64,000 bases of DNA from an uncultured Candidatus Peregrinibacteria bacterium (GTDB lineage: Bacteria; Patescibacteriota; Gracilibacteria; Peribacterales; Peribacteraceae). The stretch is from assembly GCA_903825315.1 (NCBI GenBank), contig CAIKAD010000001.1, positions 265,483 through 329,482 on the forward strand, in the 5' to 3' direction. A model generated the notes under the pieces. It ran no database searches, was not told the DNA's origin, and saw nothing but the letters and a program-made list of their open reading frames with translations. Position numbers and translations under genes: made by a program. Of the stretch, positions 9,256-18,620 are shown in pieces. How positions within the stretch are numbered: position 1 is the stretch's first letter; each line of letters starts with the position of its first letter.

Positions 9256-9301
9256 CGGTGGTGGAGTGTACTCTTTCTCGTTTGAGGTGTGTAGAGATGC
9301 C

Positions 9302-9386
9302 ATGACCAATGAACAAGTATGCAATGACCAAAACGCTTCGTCCACCTGACCGTTTTTGGTTATTGGGATTTTGACAATTGGTCATT
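9302..9386. repeat. Gene-less copy of the AATGACCAA inverted-repeat element
   Basis: atgaccaatgaacaagtatgcaatgaccaaa ... tttggttattgggattttgacaattggtcatt. Confidence 0.75.
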
Positions 9387-9984
9387 ATCTTTTCTTCATC
9401 ACCAAATACACCTCTCTGCTCCGGTCACGGCTGGCCTGCACCTTGGTCGCGCGGACATCACGCCAGTGGCCTGCGGTCTTGATATCGCGCAGGAGCTCGT
9501 CAAAGTCTCCGCCGCGGAATACTTTGATCACACAGAAGCCGTCCTTTTTGAGATGTCGGGTTGCGACGGCGAGGACGGCATGCGCGAGTTCCACGGATCG
9601 CCACTGATCCACGTCCTTCACGCCGCTCGTGGAGGGGGCAATGTCCGAAAGGACGAGGTCCACGTACCCTACCTCCTCTTCCTCCAGCATGGTTTCAATC
9701 TTCGCGTCATTGGTAATGTCGAAGCGGTGGACGGACACGTTGGGCGCCACTTCATCAATCGCCTGCAGGTCCACACCAATCACTTTTCCCTGTCGGCCGA
9801 CTGCCTTGGAGGCGTACTGAAGCCAGCTGCCCGGCGCGGCGCCGAGGTCGAGCACCATCATGCCCGGGTGCAACAACGTAAAGCGCTCATCGAGTTCCAT
9901 GAGCTTGTAGACGGAGCGAGCACGATAGCCTTCGGCTGCGGCTTTCCGGCTCCAGTTGTCGTTGGGGGTGTAGCGCTTGGGCAT
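9385..9984 (-). CDS. rlmE: 23S rRNA Um2552 methyltransferase RlmE
   Basis: GYRARSVYKL, DLGAAPGSW, LSDIAP, ASRDRSREVY. Confidence 0.95.
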   Translation of the reverse strand: MPKRYTPNDNWSRKAAAEGYRARSVYKLMELDERFTLLHPGMMVLDLGAAPGSWLQYASKAVGRQGKVIGVDLQAIDEVAPNVSVHRFDITNDAKIETMLEEEEVGYVDLVLSDIAPSTSGVKDVDQWRSVELAHAVLAVATRHLKKDGFCVIKVFRGGDFDELLRDIKTAGHWRDVRATKVQASRDRSREVYLVMKKR

Positions 9985-9986
9985 GG

Positions 9987-10106
9987 GGAGGATGCAGAGG
10001 AATCAGAAGATGCAGAAGAATCAGAGGAATGAAATAGTACATCTTCCGTACCGGTATGTTACCACTCCTCTGATTCTTCTGAGACCTCTACATCTTCTGC
10101 ATCCTC
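9987..10106. repeat. 9-mer periodic inverted repeat (GATGCAGAA family)
   Basis: gaggatgcagaggaatcagaagatgcagaagaatcagagga ... tcctctgattcttctgagacctctacatcttctgcatcctc. Confidence 0.8.
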
Positions 10107-10776
10107 ATTTCAAAGGTTTCTTCCCCGGCACCCCCACGTCCCGAGGATATTTATCCGACAATTTCCCAGCCTTCGTAAAGATCAGCAGTTGACGCTTCCC
10201 CCAGTCTCCCGGCAACTCATAGGGATGCTGGCCGGTGAGATGGCAACTCAGTTCCGCGCGGGCGAGGAGGGAATCACGCAATTCCTGTTCCATATTCATG
10301 CTTTTCCAGAGGAGCACGATACCGCCGGGTTTTACGAAGGGGCTCGTATACTCCAGCAGGACATTGAGCTCAGCGACGGCGCGTGAGGTTACGATATCAA
10401 ACTGCTCGCGGTACTCCGGATTATGACCGTACTCTTCCGCCCGCCCTGCAACCACGCGGACATTGGTCAGTTGCATTTCATACGCGATACGACCCACCGC
10501 TTCCACTTTCTTCTGTACCGAGTCGAGCCCCGTCAGCTGGGCGCGCGGCAGCGTGAGGGCGAGCGGGAGGAGGGGAAAGCCGCCGCCGGTCCCTACATCC
10601 AGGATCTTCGTCGCGGAAGTGACCTGTGGAAGATCGAGAGCTGCCAATGAATCAAGTACGTTCCCGATCCAGCATTGCTCCTCCGTGCGGAAGGCGCTCA
10701 GGTTAATCTTGGCGTTCTCTGCCAGGAAGACCGTGACGAGTGTGCGGAGACGGGGTTCGAGGTCGGAGGGAAGCAT
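10105..10776 (-). CDS. rsmG: 16S rRNA m7G527 methyltransferase RsmG
   Basis: LDSL, LDVGTGGGFP, GRAEE, REQFDIVTSRAVA, KYPRDVGVP. Confidence 0.95.
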   Translation of the reverse strand: MLPSDLEPRLRTLVTVFLAENAKINLSAFRTEEQCWIGNVLDSLAALDLPQVTSATKILDVGTGGGFPLLPLALTLPRAQLTGLDSVQKKVEAVGRIAYEMQLTNVRVVAGRAEEYGHNPEYREQFDIVTSRAVAELNVLLEYTSPFVKPGGIVLLWKSMNMEQELRDSLLARAELSCHLTGQHPYELPGDWGKRQLLIFTKAGKLSDKYPRDVGVPGKKPLK

Positions 10777-10783
10777 GCGGACA

Positions 10784-12499
10784 TCATACTGCAGCTAAGG
10801 GCACTGTGGCAGGAACTTCTACGGTCGATCCCCGTGATTCCCTATGTCCTCCGGTGCGGTGCTGTTCCTTGTACAGCATGTAGTACATCGCATCGACGAA
10901 CGCGGCTTGGCTTGCGTCAATGATGTTGCTGTCCATGCCTGTCGCGTAAAAGCATTCTTCGCCGTCCGTAAAATTGCAGACGACTTGCACGCGTGATGCT
11001 GTCCCTTCGCTGGATATCTCGTGCACGTTGTAGTGCCTCAGTTGCAGATTTTGTACGACAGGGAATTCCTTTTCCAACGCAGATGTGAGCGCGGCGCTTG
11101 CTGCGTCAACGGGCCCTTTCTTGTGGATCGATGGTGAATGGTGGTGATGATTATTCCGCCCGCCGTTCATTTCCACTTCCACGGTAGCGTCCGTCCCCGT
11201 TTTACTATCGGCATTCCACTTGGTGTCCACGAGACGGAAGGGGGGATGGAAATACCCAAACTTCTCTAGCGCGCGCAAAAGAAAAGAAACTTTAGCCTGC
11301 AAGTACGAGATGCCATTCTCATGTTCCTCCTTGAGGAAGGTGAGAAGTGCACGCGCATTCGTTTCCTGCGAGAGCTCCTCCCGCACATCAGGGGGAAGTA
11401 CGGTGCATTCATTCAGAAACTCCACTATCGTCGAGACGCCCGCATCTTCACTGAGGATCACATATCCCGCATTGCCCACTTCCTCAGGACGAATATGCTC
11501 ATATGCTTTCGTTCGTTCCTCTTTTGTCCTGGAGTTTCCCGAGGTGTGCATCCCGGCTTTATGGGAGAACGCATCGGGACCAACATACGGCGCATCGGGT
11601 CGAATGGGTATGTCCAGCAATTCCGCAGCACGGCGTGCGTTGGGTGTGAGTTCGCGCAGCGCTCCCGGCCGGAGAATGTCATATCCCATCTGTGACAAAT
11701 TTCCCACAACAGCTTCCAGCTTTGCCATACCGGTACGTTCGGAGAGTCCGCCTCGTGTCACGTGGGCGTGATCTGCGCCTCCCGCAACTGCGGCACACAC
11801 GTTTGCCGTCCCGCAGTCTCGGTCATTGTGGCCGTGGTATCCGAGATGCTTCTGCCATCCGAAAAGCCGGCGCAGTTTTCGGAATGTCTCATACACGCCG
11901 TCCTGCATTTTTCCATGGTCTTCACAGGGATAGGGAAAGTCGCGTCCTGTCGTATCGCAAACAACGAAAGTATCCGCTCCGGCGTCGAAGGCCAGTTCCA
12001 TGAGCCGGTGGACATAATCGGGATTCTCCAGGAGGCCATCGGAAGCCATCTCGCCGTCCAGAATGACGCGAGCGCCTGTCTCGCTACGTATGTAGCGGAT
12101 GGAATCGGTGATGATCGCCAGGTTGGTTTCCGGATCCACGCGAAGTTCCTGGCGGGCATGACGGTCCGATGCTTTTCCCACGAGCGTGACGATCGGTGCG
12201 CCAACCTGGATGAGCGCTTGCATTCCGGCGTCCTCTTGTGCGGTTTTGTGGGGATGGCGCGTTTTGCCAAAAGAGGCATAGAGGGTGGGTAAGTAACGCT
12301 CCCGAAAGTCCGCTGCCATGCGGAAGACTTTCTTTGCGGATTTGTTCGATTCGGGAAAAGCGAGTTCCGTGATGTCGATACCGAGTTCGGCATCCAAAGC
12401 CCACAGACCGATGCGTTGCTCGGGGGTGAGCTTGAGGTGCGGGGACTGCCCCATGTCCCGTACGGTATCCAGTAATTCGACCCGTCGACTGTGTTCCAT
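10784..12499 (-). CDS. cimA: Citramalate synthase (DRE-TIM family with LeuA-type allosteric domain)
   Basis: DTVRD, TLVGKAS, LGYHGHNDRDCGTAN, PYVGPDAFSHKAGMH, YEHIRPEEVGN, GPVDA, NIIDAS. Confidence 0.85.
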   Translation of the reverse strand: MEHSRRVELLDTVRDMGQSPHLKLTPEQRIGLWALDAELGIDITELAFPESNKSAKKVFRMAADFRERYLPTLYASFGKTRHPHKTAQEDAGMQALIQVGAPIVTLVGKASDRHARQELRVDPETNLAIITDSIRYIRSETGARVILDGEMASDGLLENPDYVHRLMELAFDAGADTFVVCDTTGRDFPYPCEDHGKMQDGVYETFRKLRRLFGWQKHLGYHGHNDRDCGTANVCAAVAGGADHAHVTRGGLSERTGMAKLEAVVGNLSQMGYDILRPGALRELTPNARRAAELLDIPIRPDAPYVGPDAFSHKAGMHTSGNSRTKEERTKAYEHIRPEEVGNAGYVILSEDAGVSTIVEFLNECTVLPPDVREELSQETNARALLTFLKEEHENGISYLQAKVSFLLRALEKFGYFHPPFRLVDTKWNADSKTGTDATVEVEMNGGRNNHHHHSPSIHKKGPVDAASAALTSALEKEFPVVQNLQLRHYNVHEISSEGTASRVQVVCNFTDGEECFYATGMDSNIIDASQAAFVDAMYYMLYKEQHRTGGHRESRGSTVEVPATVPLAAV

Positions 12500-12520
12500 G
12501 TTGAGAAAAGTAATAAATAC

Positions 12521-12543
12521 AAAAAATCCCGCTCGGCGCGGGA
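12521..12543 (-). terminator. Attenuator terminator upstream of cimA
   Basis: Minus strand TCCCGC-gccga-GCGGGA-TTTTTT. Confidence 0.8.
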
Positions 12544-12569
12544 GGGAGAATGTGTGGTCAGTCAGCTCC

Positions 12570-12626
12570 TCACGCCGTGGTCGGGGTGATAATAATGATA
12601 TTGGCGATGATTGCGCGGCGTTGCAT
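12570..12626 (-). CDS. Ile-rich leader peptide MQRRAIIANIIIITPTTA
   Basis: 18 codons, 6 Ile (4 consecutive), ending 26 nt before the terminator hairpin. Confidence 0.8.
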   Translation of the reverse strand: MQRRAIIANIIIITPTTA

Positions 12627-12766
12627 GACAGCAGCAGTGTACTCAGGAACTAAACCCTGTCAAAAACCCGGAAGAGGATATCGAGAATTTGCCTTGGGGC
12701 AGGGTAAAACTCACAGGAATGCCCCTTGTATCGCAGGGGGGGAGAAGGAGTAAAATCAAAGCCTGT

Positions 12767-13270
12767 ATGAACACGCCCGAACAAGAATTTGATCTGCTCT
12801 CCCACTATTGCCGGATTACCAATGGCGAATCCGCATATATTGCATACGGAAGGGACTACGTGGAAACGGTGCTGCAGGAGGTGTTTCGGAGTACAAGGGA
12901 AACGGACAATGCGGAGACTGTCGCGGAGCTCCTGAGAGATCGTTGCTTTGATGAGACGTTGGCGTTACTGGGATATGCTCTGGTTTCGGATGACAAAGAG
13001 ACACGTTTTGGGTCCGCTGTTCTCCAGCGCATTCGCGTGCATGACATTGGCCCAACCTTTCACCATCTTGCGCTAGAAGTTCCTCATATTAAACATGCCA
13101 AGCGATTGCAACAGGAATATTCCCGGGCTTTACGGCGTGTTTGCGAGATGATCCAAGTACGTCCTTTCAAGGAGCTCTTATCGGAAACATCCCGGCAGGA
13201 TTGTGTGGGGAACATCATCTCAAAAATGTGTGACTGGAAAGCGGAAGAGCAGTCCTCGCCCACCTGGTGA
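12767..13270 (+). CDS. Hypothetical protein
   Basis: 167-aa ORF from MNTPEQEF; TAAAAT box upstream. Confidence 0.55.
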   Translation: MNTPEQEFDLLSHYCRITNGESAYIAYGRDYVETVLQEVFRSTRETDNAETVAELLRDRCFDETLALLGYALVSDDKETRFGSAVLQRIRVHDIGPTFHHLALEVPHIKHAKRLQQEYSRALRRVCEMIQVRPFKELLSETSRQDCVGNIISKMCDWKAEEQSSPTW

Positions 13271-13319
13271 TTGTGTGCTTTGCAGGGGCGCGGTATTCTT
13301 CTGCCACCTGCCTGCCCCC

Positions 13320-13961
13320 ATGCCTATGCCTCACGGTGAACGCATTGCCGAATTCCTCCTCAGTATCGGTGCGGTCAAGCTCCGTCCCTTGGAGCCTTTC
13401 ACCTGGGCCAGCGGCATCAAGAGTCCCATCTACTGCGATAACCGGATGATCTACAGCCATCCGGAAGCGCGGGACTTTATCGTGTCATCCCTGGCTTCAC
13501 GCGTGAAAAGTCTTCACGTTCCGGCTGACGTTATTGCAGGAACGGCCACGGCGGCCATCGGCTGGGCGGCGCTCGTCGCCGACCGCATGAAACTCCCGTT
13601 CATCTACGTCCGTGCCAAGGCAAAGGAGCACGGTGCCAAGAAGAGGATCGAGGGCGATCTGGCACCGCACAAGCACATTGTGGTCATCGAAGACCTGATC
13701 TCCACGGGCGGTTCATCCCTCTCAACAGTAGAAGCGCTGCGCAATGAGGGGCAGGGGACGGTAAGCGACATCGTGTCCATCTTCAGTTACGAATTCCTTT
13801 CCGCGCGGGAGAATGCTCTGTGCGATAACATCCAATTCCACCCCTTAACGACCATTTCCACCCTTTTGAAGGTTGCCCTTAGCGATGGGCGTATCACAGA
13901 AGAGGAATCGCGAATGGTTCATGAATTTGTGGAAGAACCGGAGAATTGGATGAAGAAATGA
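13320..13961 (+). CDS. pyrE: Orotate phosphoribosyltransferase
   Basis: PFTWASGIKSPIYCDNR, YVRAKAKEHG, VVIEDLISTGGS. Confidence 0.95.
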   Translation: MPMPHGERIAEFLLSIGAVKLRPLEPFTWASGIKSPIYCDNRMIYSHPEARDFIVSSLASRVKSLHVPADVIAGTATAAIGWAALVADRMKLPFIYVRAKAKEHGAKKRIEGDLAPHKHIVVIEDLISTGGSSLSTVEALRNEGQGTVSDIVSIFSYEFLSARENALCDNIQFHPLTTISTLLKVALSDGRITEEESRMVHEFVEEPENWMKK

Positions 13962-14164
13962 TATTGTGTACTATTGTAGAATCTGTAAAGTTTCAGCTGA
14001 TGTTCCTTGAGAGCATCGGCAAGGTTTAGAAGTCGTGAGGCAAGCATCCAGGGTATCGTAGGTACGTTGAGTGCTTGCCTTACAAAGGGTTTGGAAAGCC
14101 CGAACCGGCGGTATCCGGTTGTTGAGTTTTTCTATACCCGCCGAAGCGGGAAGGAGTATGTGCC

Positions 14165-15058
14165 ATGGAGAGAAGTGTGCAAAACTTTAGGAAACTGGCG
14201 AAGAAGACCGTGGATCAGGGTGAAATCAAACTCTCCCGTTTCATCTCGGCGCCCGAATGGCTGAGCATGATGAGTGCCGGAGAGGGGGCGATGATGAGGC
14301 TGCAGGAGGCGTGGCGAAACATTTTCAGTTCCGCTCTTCAGGAAGTTGTGGAAATTCCCAAGCAGGAAATCCCCGACTCCGAGAGCCAGGCTCGCTGCCG
14401 TGCCCTCTTTGGCCCCAGAAATTTCTTCGGGATGCAGGAGGTGGCTGGGTCGTACGGTTACGCGTTCTCGGAACAGGAAATTGAGGAGCGGAAAGCCGTT
14501 CGGCTCCTCGACCGCAACGGCATGCTCCTCTCCGAGGAGGAATCGTGGGAGCTGATCCAGCTCTGCCACAAGGAAGCGCCTGGAGAATTTGTATGCTGCA
14601 CGGCCGTCCCGCATTCGATGTGCGATGTCTACGAAAAGCATCCGGATGCGTTTCACCCGGAGCATCGCGAGTGGTTTTGGTTCTGCGATCGGGCACAACG
14701 GCAAACCTGGTCCGAGAAGAAAATTCCCGATTTCTGGTTCCTGATCCGCAAGGAACCGGTGCCGAAATCGTGGTACAAGTCGTCAGTGGATCAGGATGCC
14801 TGGCTTCTCGAGACCCATTCCCATGAACGCTTCGCCCGTCCCGAGCATATCGTCTACGGCGATGTGCTCTGTGAGAAGGCGTCGAAGGGCAGTGTGCGCC
14901 TCTTTTGCAATGAATATATGGGTCGAACCCTTGTGCCTACTGCTCAAGGTATTTTAGTCGCCGTATGTCGCATTCCGACCGGCCTTCTCGTCAACAACGT
15001 ATTTGGCGAGCCGAGCTGGTCCTGTGGTGTTCCGTCTCTCTGGACTTCCGAGCCTTGA
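14165..15058 (+). CDS. Hypothetical protein resembling CPR DGR variable (C-type-lectin-fold) proteins
   Basis: NFFGMQEV, WFLIRKEPVPKS, RLFCNEYMGRT...GILVAV...GLLVNN...GVPSLW; resemblance is recalled, not searched. Confidence 0.55.
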   Translation: MERSVQNFRKLAKKTVDQGEIKLSRFISAPEWLSMMSAGEGAMMRLQEAWRNIFSSALQEVVEIPKQEIPDSESQARCRALFGPRNFFGMQEVAGSYGYAFSEQEIEERKAVRLLDRNGMLLSEEESWELIQLCHKEAPGEFVCCTAVPHSMCDVYEKHPDAFHPEHREWFWFCDRAQRQTWSEKKIPDFWFLIRKEPVPKSWYKSSVDQDAWLLETHSHERFARPEHIVYGDVLCEKASKGSVRLFCNEYMGRTLVPTAQGILVAVCRIPTGLLVNNVFGEPSWSCGVPSLWTSEP

Positions 15059-15102
15059 AATTTGATCTCTCGATGTTGTAGAACACGCGAGATCGAACCT
15101 AG

Positions 15103-15130
15103 ACGGGCTGCACGCGCAGCCCGTTATTTT
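15103..15130. terminator. Hairpin between convergent genes
   Basis: acgggctgc-acgc-gcagcccgt followed by tatttt. Confidence 0.65.
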
Positions 15131-15176
15131 GTGTTGTTCTTGCCCCGTAGTTATTTCATAGAGCGGCGACCACAGT

Positions 15177-15227
15177 TTAGAATTGTTTCAAAAACATCAG
15201 GTCACCGACGTAGAACGAACGGAGGTC
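15177..15227 (-). repeat. Recoded duplicate of the last 17 codons of pheS
   Basis: DLRSFYVGDLMFLKQF* versus pheS DLRSFYVGDLRFLKQF*. Confidence 0.9.
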
Positions 15228-15254
15228 GTGCCTGCCGGCCGTAGCACCAACGGT

Positions 15255-16271
15255 TTAGAATTGTTTCAAAAATCTCAGATCTCCCACATAAAAGGAGCGA
15301 AGATCCGGGATCTGGTGCTTAATCATGATCATCCTTTCCACGCCGAAGCCGAACGCAAAGCCCTGGAACTTTTTGGGGTCGATGCTGCAGTTCTTGAGGA
15401 CATTGGGGTGTACCATGCCGCAGCCCACCACCTCGAGCCACTTGCCCTCGCGGCTCTGCGCCTCATCACCTTGCCAGAGCATGTCGACTTCCAGTCCAGG
15501 CTCGACGAAGGGGAAGAAACCGGTGCGGAAACGGAACTCCGCCTTGGGCGAGATCAGTTCCCGGATGGCAGTGATCATCACGGCCTTCATGTTGGCAAGA
15601 GACACATCCTCGCCGATCATCAAACCCTCGAACTGGTGGAACATCGGGGAGTGCGTGGCGTCGGCATCTTTGCGGTATGTTTTGCCGGGACAGATGATGC
15701 GGAGCGGTGGCTGGTGCTTCTGCATGTACCGGATCTGCATCGGCGAGGTCTGGGTGCGTAACACATAGCGTCCTCCCGGCGGCATGGAGTCTTCTGAGAT
15801 CCAGAACGTGTCCTGCGCATCGCGCGCCGGGTGCGTATCGGGGATATTCAGCAGGTTGAAGTTGTAGTCTTCAGTCTCCACTTCCGGCCCCTGCGCCACC
15901 TCGAACCCCATGCGGCCGAAGACATCTTCTACATTCCGGATGAACTCCGGGATCAGGTGCAGGTGGCCGCGCTCGCGTTGCGGGAGCGTCAACGTAACGT
16001 CGATAGTGTCTGATTCCGCAAGTGATCCGAGTGCCGCGCCCTGCAGTTGCTTTCGTCGCGTATCGAGGAGTGCCGTGCATTCCTGCTTGAGCGCATTAAG
16101 TTCCTTTCCCTTTATAGTCCGTTCCTCCGGCTGGAGTGTCCCCAGCTCCTTTAGCGCAAGAGTGAGGTGTCCGTGCTTGCGGCCGAAGAGATCTTGCTCA
16201 AGCTTGTCCAAATCTGCGAGGGTCTTGGCGCTCGCTATGTCTGCCTTCAGGGTGTCGAAGGGGGAGGGCAT
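15255..16271 (-). CDS. pheS: Phenylalanine--tRNA ligase alpha subunit
   Basis: HPARDAQDTF, LRTQTSP, DATHSPMFHQFEG, FFPFVEP, GFAFGFGVER. Confidence 0.97.
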   Translation of the reverse strand: MPSPFDTLKADIASAKTLADLDKLEQDLFGRKHGHLTLALKELGTLQPEERTIKGKELNALKQECTALLDTRRKQLQGAALGSLAESDTIDVTLTLPQRERGHLHLIPEFIRNVEDVFGRMGFEVAQGPEVETEDYNFNLLNIPDTHPARDAQDTFWISEDSMPPGGRYVLRTQTSPMQIRYMQKHQPPLRIICPGKTYRKDADATHSPMFHQFEGLMIGEDVSLANMKAVMITAIRELISPKAEFRFRTGFFPFVEPGLEVDMLWQGDEAQSREGKWLEVVGCGMVHPNVLKNCSIDPKKFQGFAFGFGVERMIMIKHQIPDLRSFYVGDLRFLKQF

Positions 16272-16326
16272 GGACGTAGGATAGCGCTCTTTTGGGAGTT
16301 CTTCCATATTGAAGGATGCTCGGACA

Positions 16327-16408
16327 GGAAACCGAAGAATCCGAAGAAACCAAAGATGATGTTCAACCCGCTCGGATTCGTCGGACTCCTCGATTCCTTC
16401 GGTTTCCC
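16327..16408. repeat. 9-mer periodic inverted repeat (GAAACCGAA family)
   Basis: ggaaaccgaagaatccgaagaaaccaaag ... tcggattcgtcggactcctcgattccttcggtttcc. Confidence 0.8.
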
Positions 16409-16410
16409 CC

Positions 16411-16773
16411 TCAGGCGTTCAATGCAACTTCCACAAGGACAAATACGAGCACGATCAGCAATGCGATCCACCACGTGAGCGCTCCGACGAGGTGGAAGAG
16501 AAGGATGGCGGAAGTGCCGAGTCCCAAGAGAATGCCCTGGCGCACGGAGATGCCGAGAATCTTCCCCGCGTCCCACGTGTGCAGCGGGACGTACGTCCAT
16601 AGGGTGAGGAAGAAGAGGGAGCTGATGGAGCTCACCGAAAGGAAGAGCGCGGCAAGAAAAGCGGGGAACGCGTAGCCGGGCGATGTGAGCGGACTTACGC
16701 GGAAGAGCACGACCAGGAGGGAGGTAGCGGAGAGCATGGCCGACACGATGATGCCGAAGACGAGTGAGCTCAT
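16411..16773 (-). CDS. Small four-TM membrane protein
   Basis: Hydrophobic 120-aa ORF with SVRQGILL motif. Confidence 0.7.
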   Translation of the reverse strand: MSSLVFGIIVSAMLSATSLLVVLFRVSPLTSPGYAFPAFLAALFLSVSSISSLFFLTLWTYVPLHTWDAGKILGISVRQGILLGLGTSAILLFHLVGALTWWIALLIVLVFVLVEVALNA

Positions 16774-16848
16774 ACGGCTTCGCGGTGGGAGATAGTCAGA
16801 ATCATAGGAAGTACAAGGTGAATCAGGGTTGGCGATACCGCTTCGCCG

Positions 16849-17415
16849 CTATGAGATTTTCTCCTCTTTCAGGTATTTCCCCAGCGCCATGAAATCGTCG
16901 TAGAGGGCTTGGCGCAGGTTGCCATTATGGAGCGCTGCGGCGGGATGGAAGATGGGGAATGCCGTCACATTGTCCATGAGTTTCTGCGGTTTGCCGTGCG
17001 CGTTGGTGATGCTCAGCTTGGTAAAGAAGTGGCCCAGCGCATGGCGCCCGAGCGGTACGATCACCCGGGGCTTGATGAGTGCGATCTCCAGCATGAGCCA
17101 CGGCATGCACTGCTCCTTCTCCTCGGGCGTCGGGTCGCGGTTCTGCGGCGGCCGATACTTTACGACATTGGTAATGTAGACATCCTCGCGCTTGAGGGCG
17201 ATGGTCCCGAGCAGTTCGTCGAGGAACTGCCCCGCGGCTCCCACAAATGGCCGGCCGAGCTCATCTTCCTTTTGCCCCGGAGCTTCCCCGATAAACATGA
17301 CCTTGGCTTTGGGGTTTCCTTCGCCCAGCACAGGGTTGGCGGTCTTGTGCAATTCGCAGCCCTTCCATTCCCTGAGTTTCTCTTTGAGGACATCGAGCGT
17401 GATCGGGTCGGTCAT
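16849..17415 (-). CDS. Uracil-DNA glycosylase, family 4
   Basis: [39 protein letters not shown]. Confidence 0.93.
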   Translation of the reverse strand: MTDPITLDVLKEKLREWKGCELHKTANPVLGEGNPKAKVMFIGEAPGQKEDELGRPFVGAAGQFLDELLGTIALKREDVYITNVVKYRPPQNRDPTPEEKEQCMPWLMLEIALIKPRVIVPLGRHALGHFFTKLSITNAHGKPQKLMDNVTAFPIFHPAAALHNGNLRQALYDDFMALGKYLKEEKIS

Positions 17416-17447
17416 GGAGGATATGGTACCCAACTATGTCCGACATG

Positions 17448-17861
17448 TCACAAATACCGGTTGATGCGGTTGGCGGGATCGCCGCTTTTGGAGGGACACA
17501 TGATTTCGAGGAATTGCAATTCCCTGTGCAGGTCCGCAAGTCGGACCGGATCAAACGCTTCCCCTTCCGCCGGAAGAGTCTGTTGTACGTCCGTGAGGAA
17601 ATCGCGGAGCTCGAGTATTTGCCCCCTTTCCCGCAATTGCCGGTGCGAAAGTGGCACTTGCTGACAACATTGTGCCATATCCGCGAGGGCATCCTCTGAG
17701 GCGTCGAGGGCGAAGCGTAACGTTGTCCTGAGCGTGTCTCTGAAATATTGGACAATGGCAGCATCAAGGCCCTTGTCGAGCTCTCGATTCCCCGTATGGC
17801 GGAGGCGGGGAAGAAGCTGCTCATCGACGATCATGCGAAGGTCCTGCGAATTGATGGTCAT
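17448..17861 (-). CDS. Hypothetical protein
   Basis: 137-aa ORF filling the gap between purE and the UDG gene. Confidence 0.55.
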   Translation of the reverse strand: MTINSQDLRMIVDEQLLPRLRHTGNRELDKGLDAAIVQYFRDTLRTTLRFALDASEDALADMAQCCQQVPLSHRQLRERGQILELRDFLTDVQQTLPAEGEAFDPVRLADLHRELQFLEIMCPSKSGDPANRINRYL

Positions 17862-17884
17862 GGAATGAGAATGGAGGGTGCACT

Positions 17885-18334
17885 CTAGTATCCCTCCTTG
17901 ATCTTCTCAATCCTATTTCTCAGGAGCTGTTTCACTTCCGGGTTTCCCTCAGCAAAGATCCGGACAGCCGCAAGCGCAGCATTCTTCGGATGGAGCACGG
18001 TCATCACGGGAACCTCGGACGGCATGCGGAGGCTGGAGTTCAAATCGACCATGTATTCTTCCAGGGACTTAAACGGCGGGCAGTTGAGAACCGGATGGAC
18101 GGAACTTCCCGCTACCACGCCGCCGAGCCCATTACTCATTCCCACGACCGTGATGATCACGCGGGGCTGAAGATCCTCATTCAGTTTATTGACAACCTCA
18201 ATGACCTTCTCTGGCACCTTATGCGCGGAGGCGACGACGGTCTCGGAAGGGATATCGAATTCCTTCAAAACCGCTGCGATCTTATCGGCAGTATCCATGT
18301 CGGATTTGGATCCGAGGAAGAGGGTGACTTGCAT
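17885..18334 (-). CDS. purE: PurE family AIR carboxylase/mutase
   Basis: GSKSD, VASAHKVPE, GMSNGLGG, SSLRMPS, KNAALAA. Confidence 0.9.
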   Translation of the reverse strand: MQVTLFLGSKSDMDTADKIAAVLKEFDIPSETVVASAHKVPEKVIEVVNKLNEDLQPRVIITVVGMSNGLGGVVAGSSVHPVLNCPPFKSLEEYMVDLNSSLRMPSEVPVMTVLHPKNAALAAVRIFAEGNPEVKQLLRNRIEKIKEGY

Positions 18335-18377
18335 AGTGCAAGTATAGAGGATGTCATTGATTTTCACGAATGATGAT

Positions 18378-18454
18378 TGGTGGAGCTGACGGGACTTGAA
18401 CCCGTAACCTCATGCATGCCATGCATGCGCTCTAGCCAGTTGAGCTACAGCCCC
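18378..18454 (-). tRNA. tRNA-Ala (GGC)
   Basis: GGGGCTGTAGCTCAACTGG...CATGC-AT-GGC-AT-GCATG...GGTTCAAGTCCC...CTCCACCA. Confidence 0.95.
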
Positions 18455-18512
18455 AAAGGTGAATTGCAGACGAACAAGGAACGAAGTGACGCCGTGAGTC
18501 GTAAGATCCTTT

Positions 18513-18575
18513 GCCCTCCGTAGCTTTAGCGGAGGAGGGCAGTCCTCCTTCGCCCATGTCGGAGCTACGGAGGAC
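18513..18575. repeat. Two REP-like palindromes between the tRNAs
   Basis: gccctccgtagctttagcggaggagggc and gtcctccttcgcc...gctacggaggac. Confidence 0.65.
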
Positions 18576-18620
18576 ATTTCACAGAACGTCCTCGGCTACA
18601 CCTGCGGCGTTCTGGAGAAA

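Noticed and set aside
5613-15058. A complete DGR made of the four-helix (Avd-like) gene plus the 14165 target
   Set aside because: They are 8 kb apart, no reverse transcriptase or template repeat is in the window, and the four-helix protein fits the IVS-type subfamily
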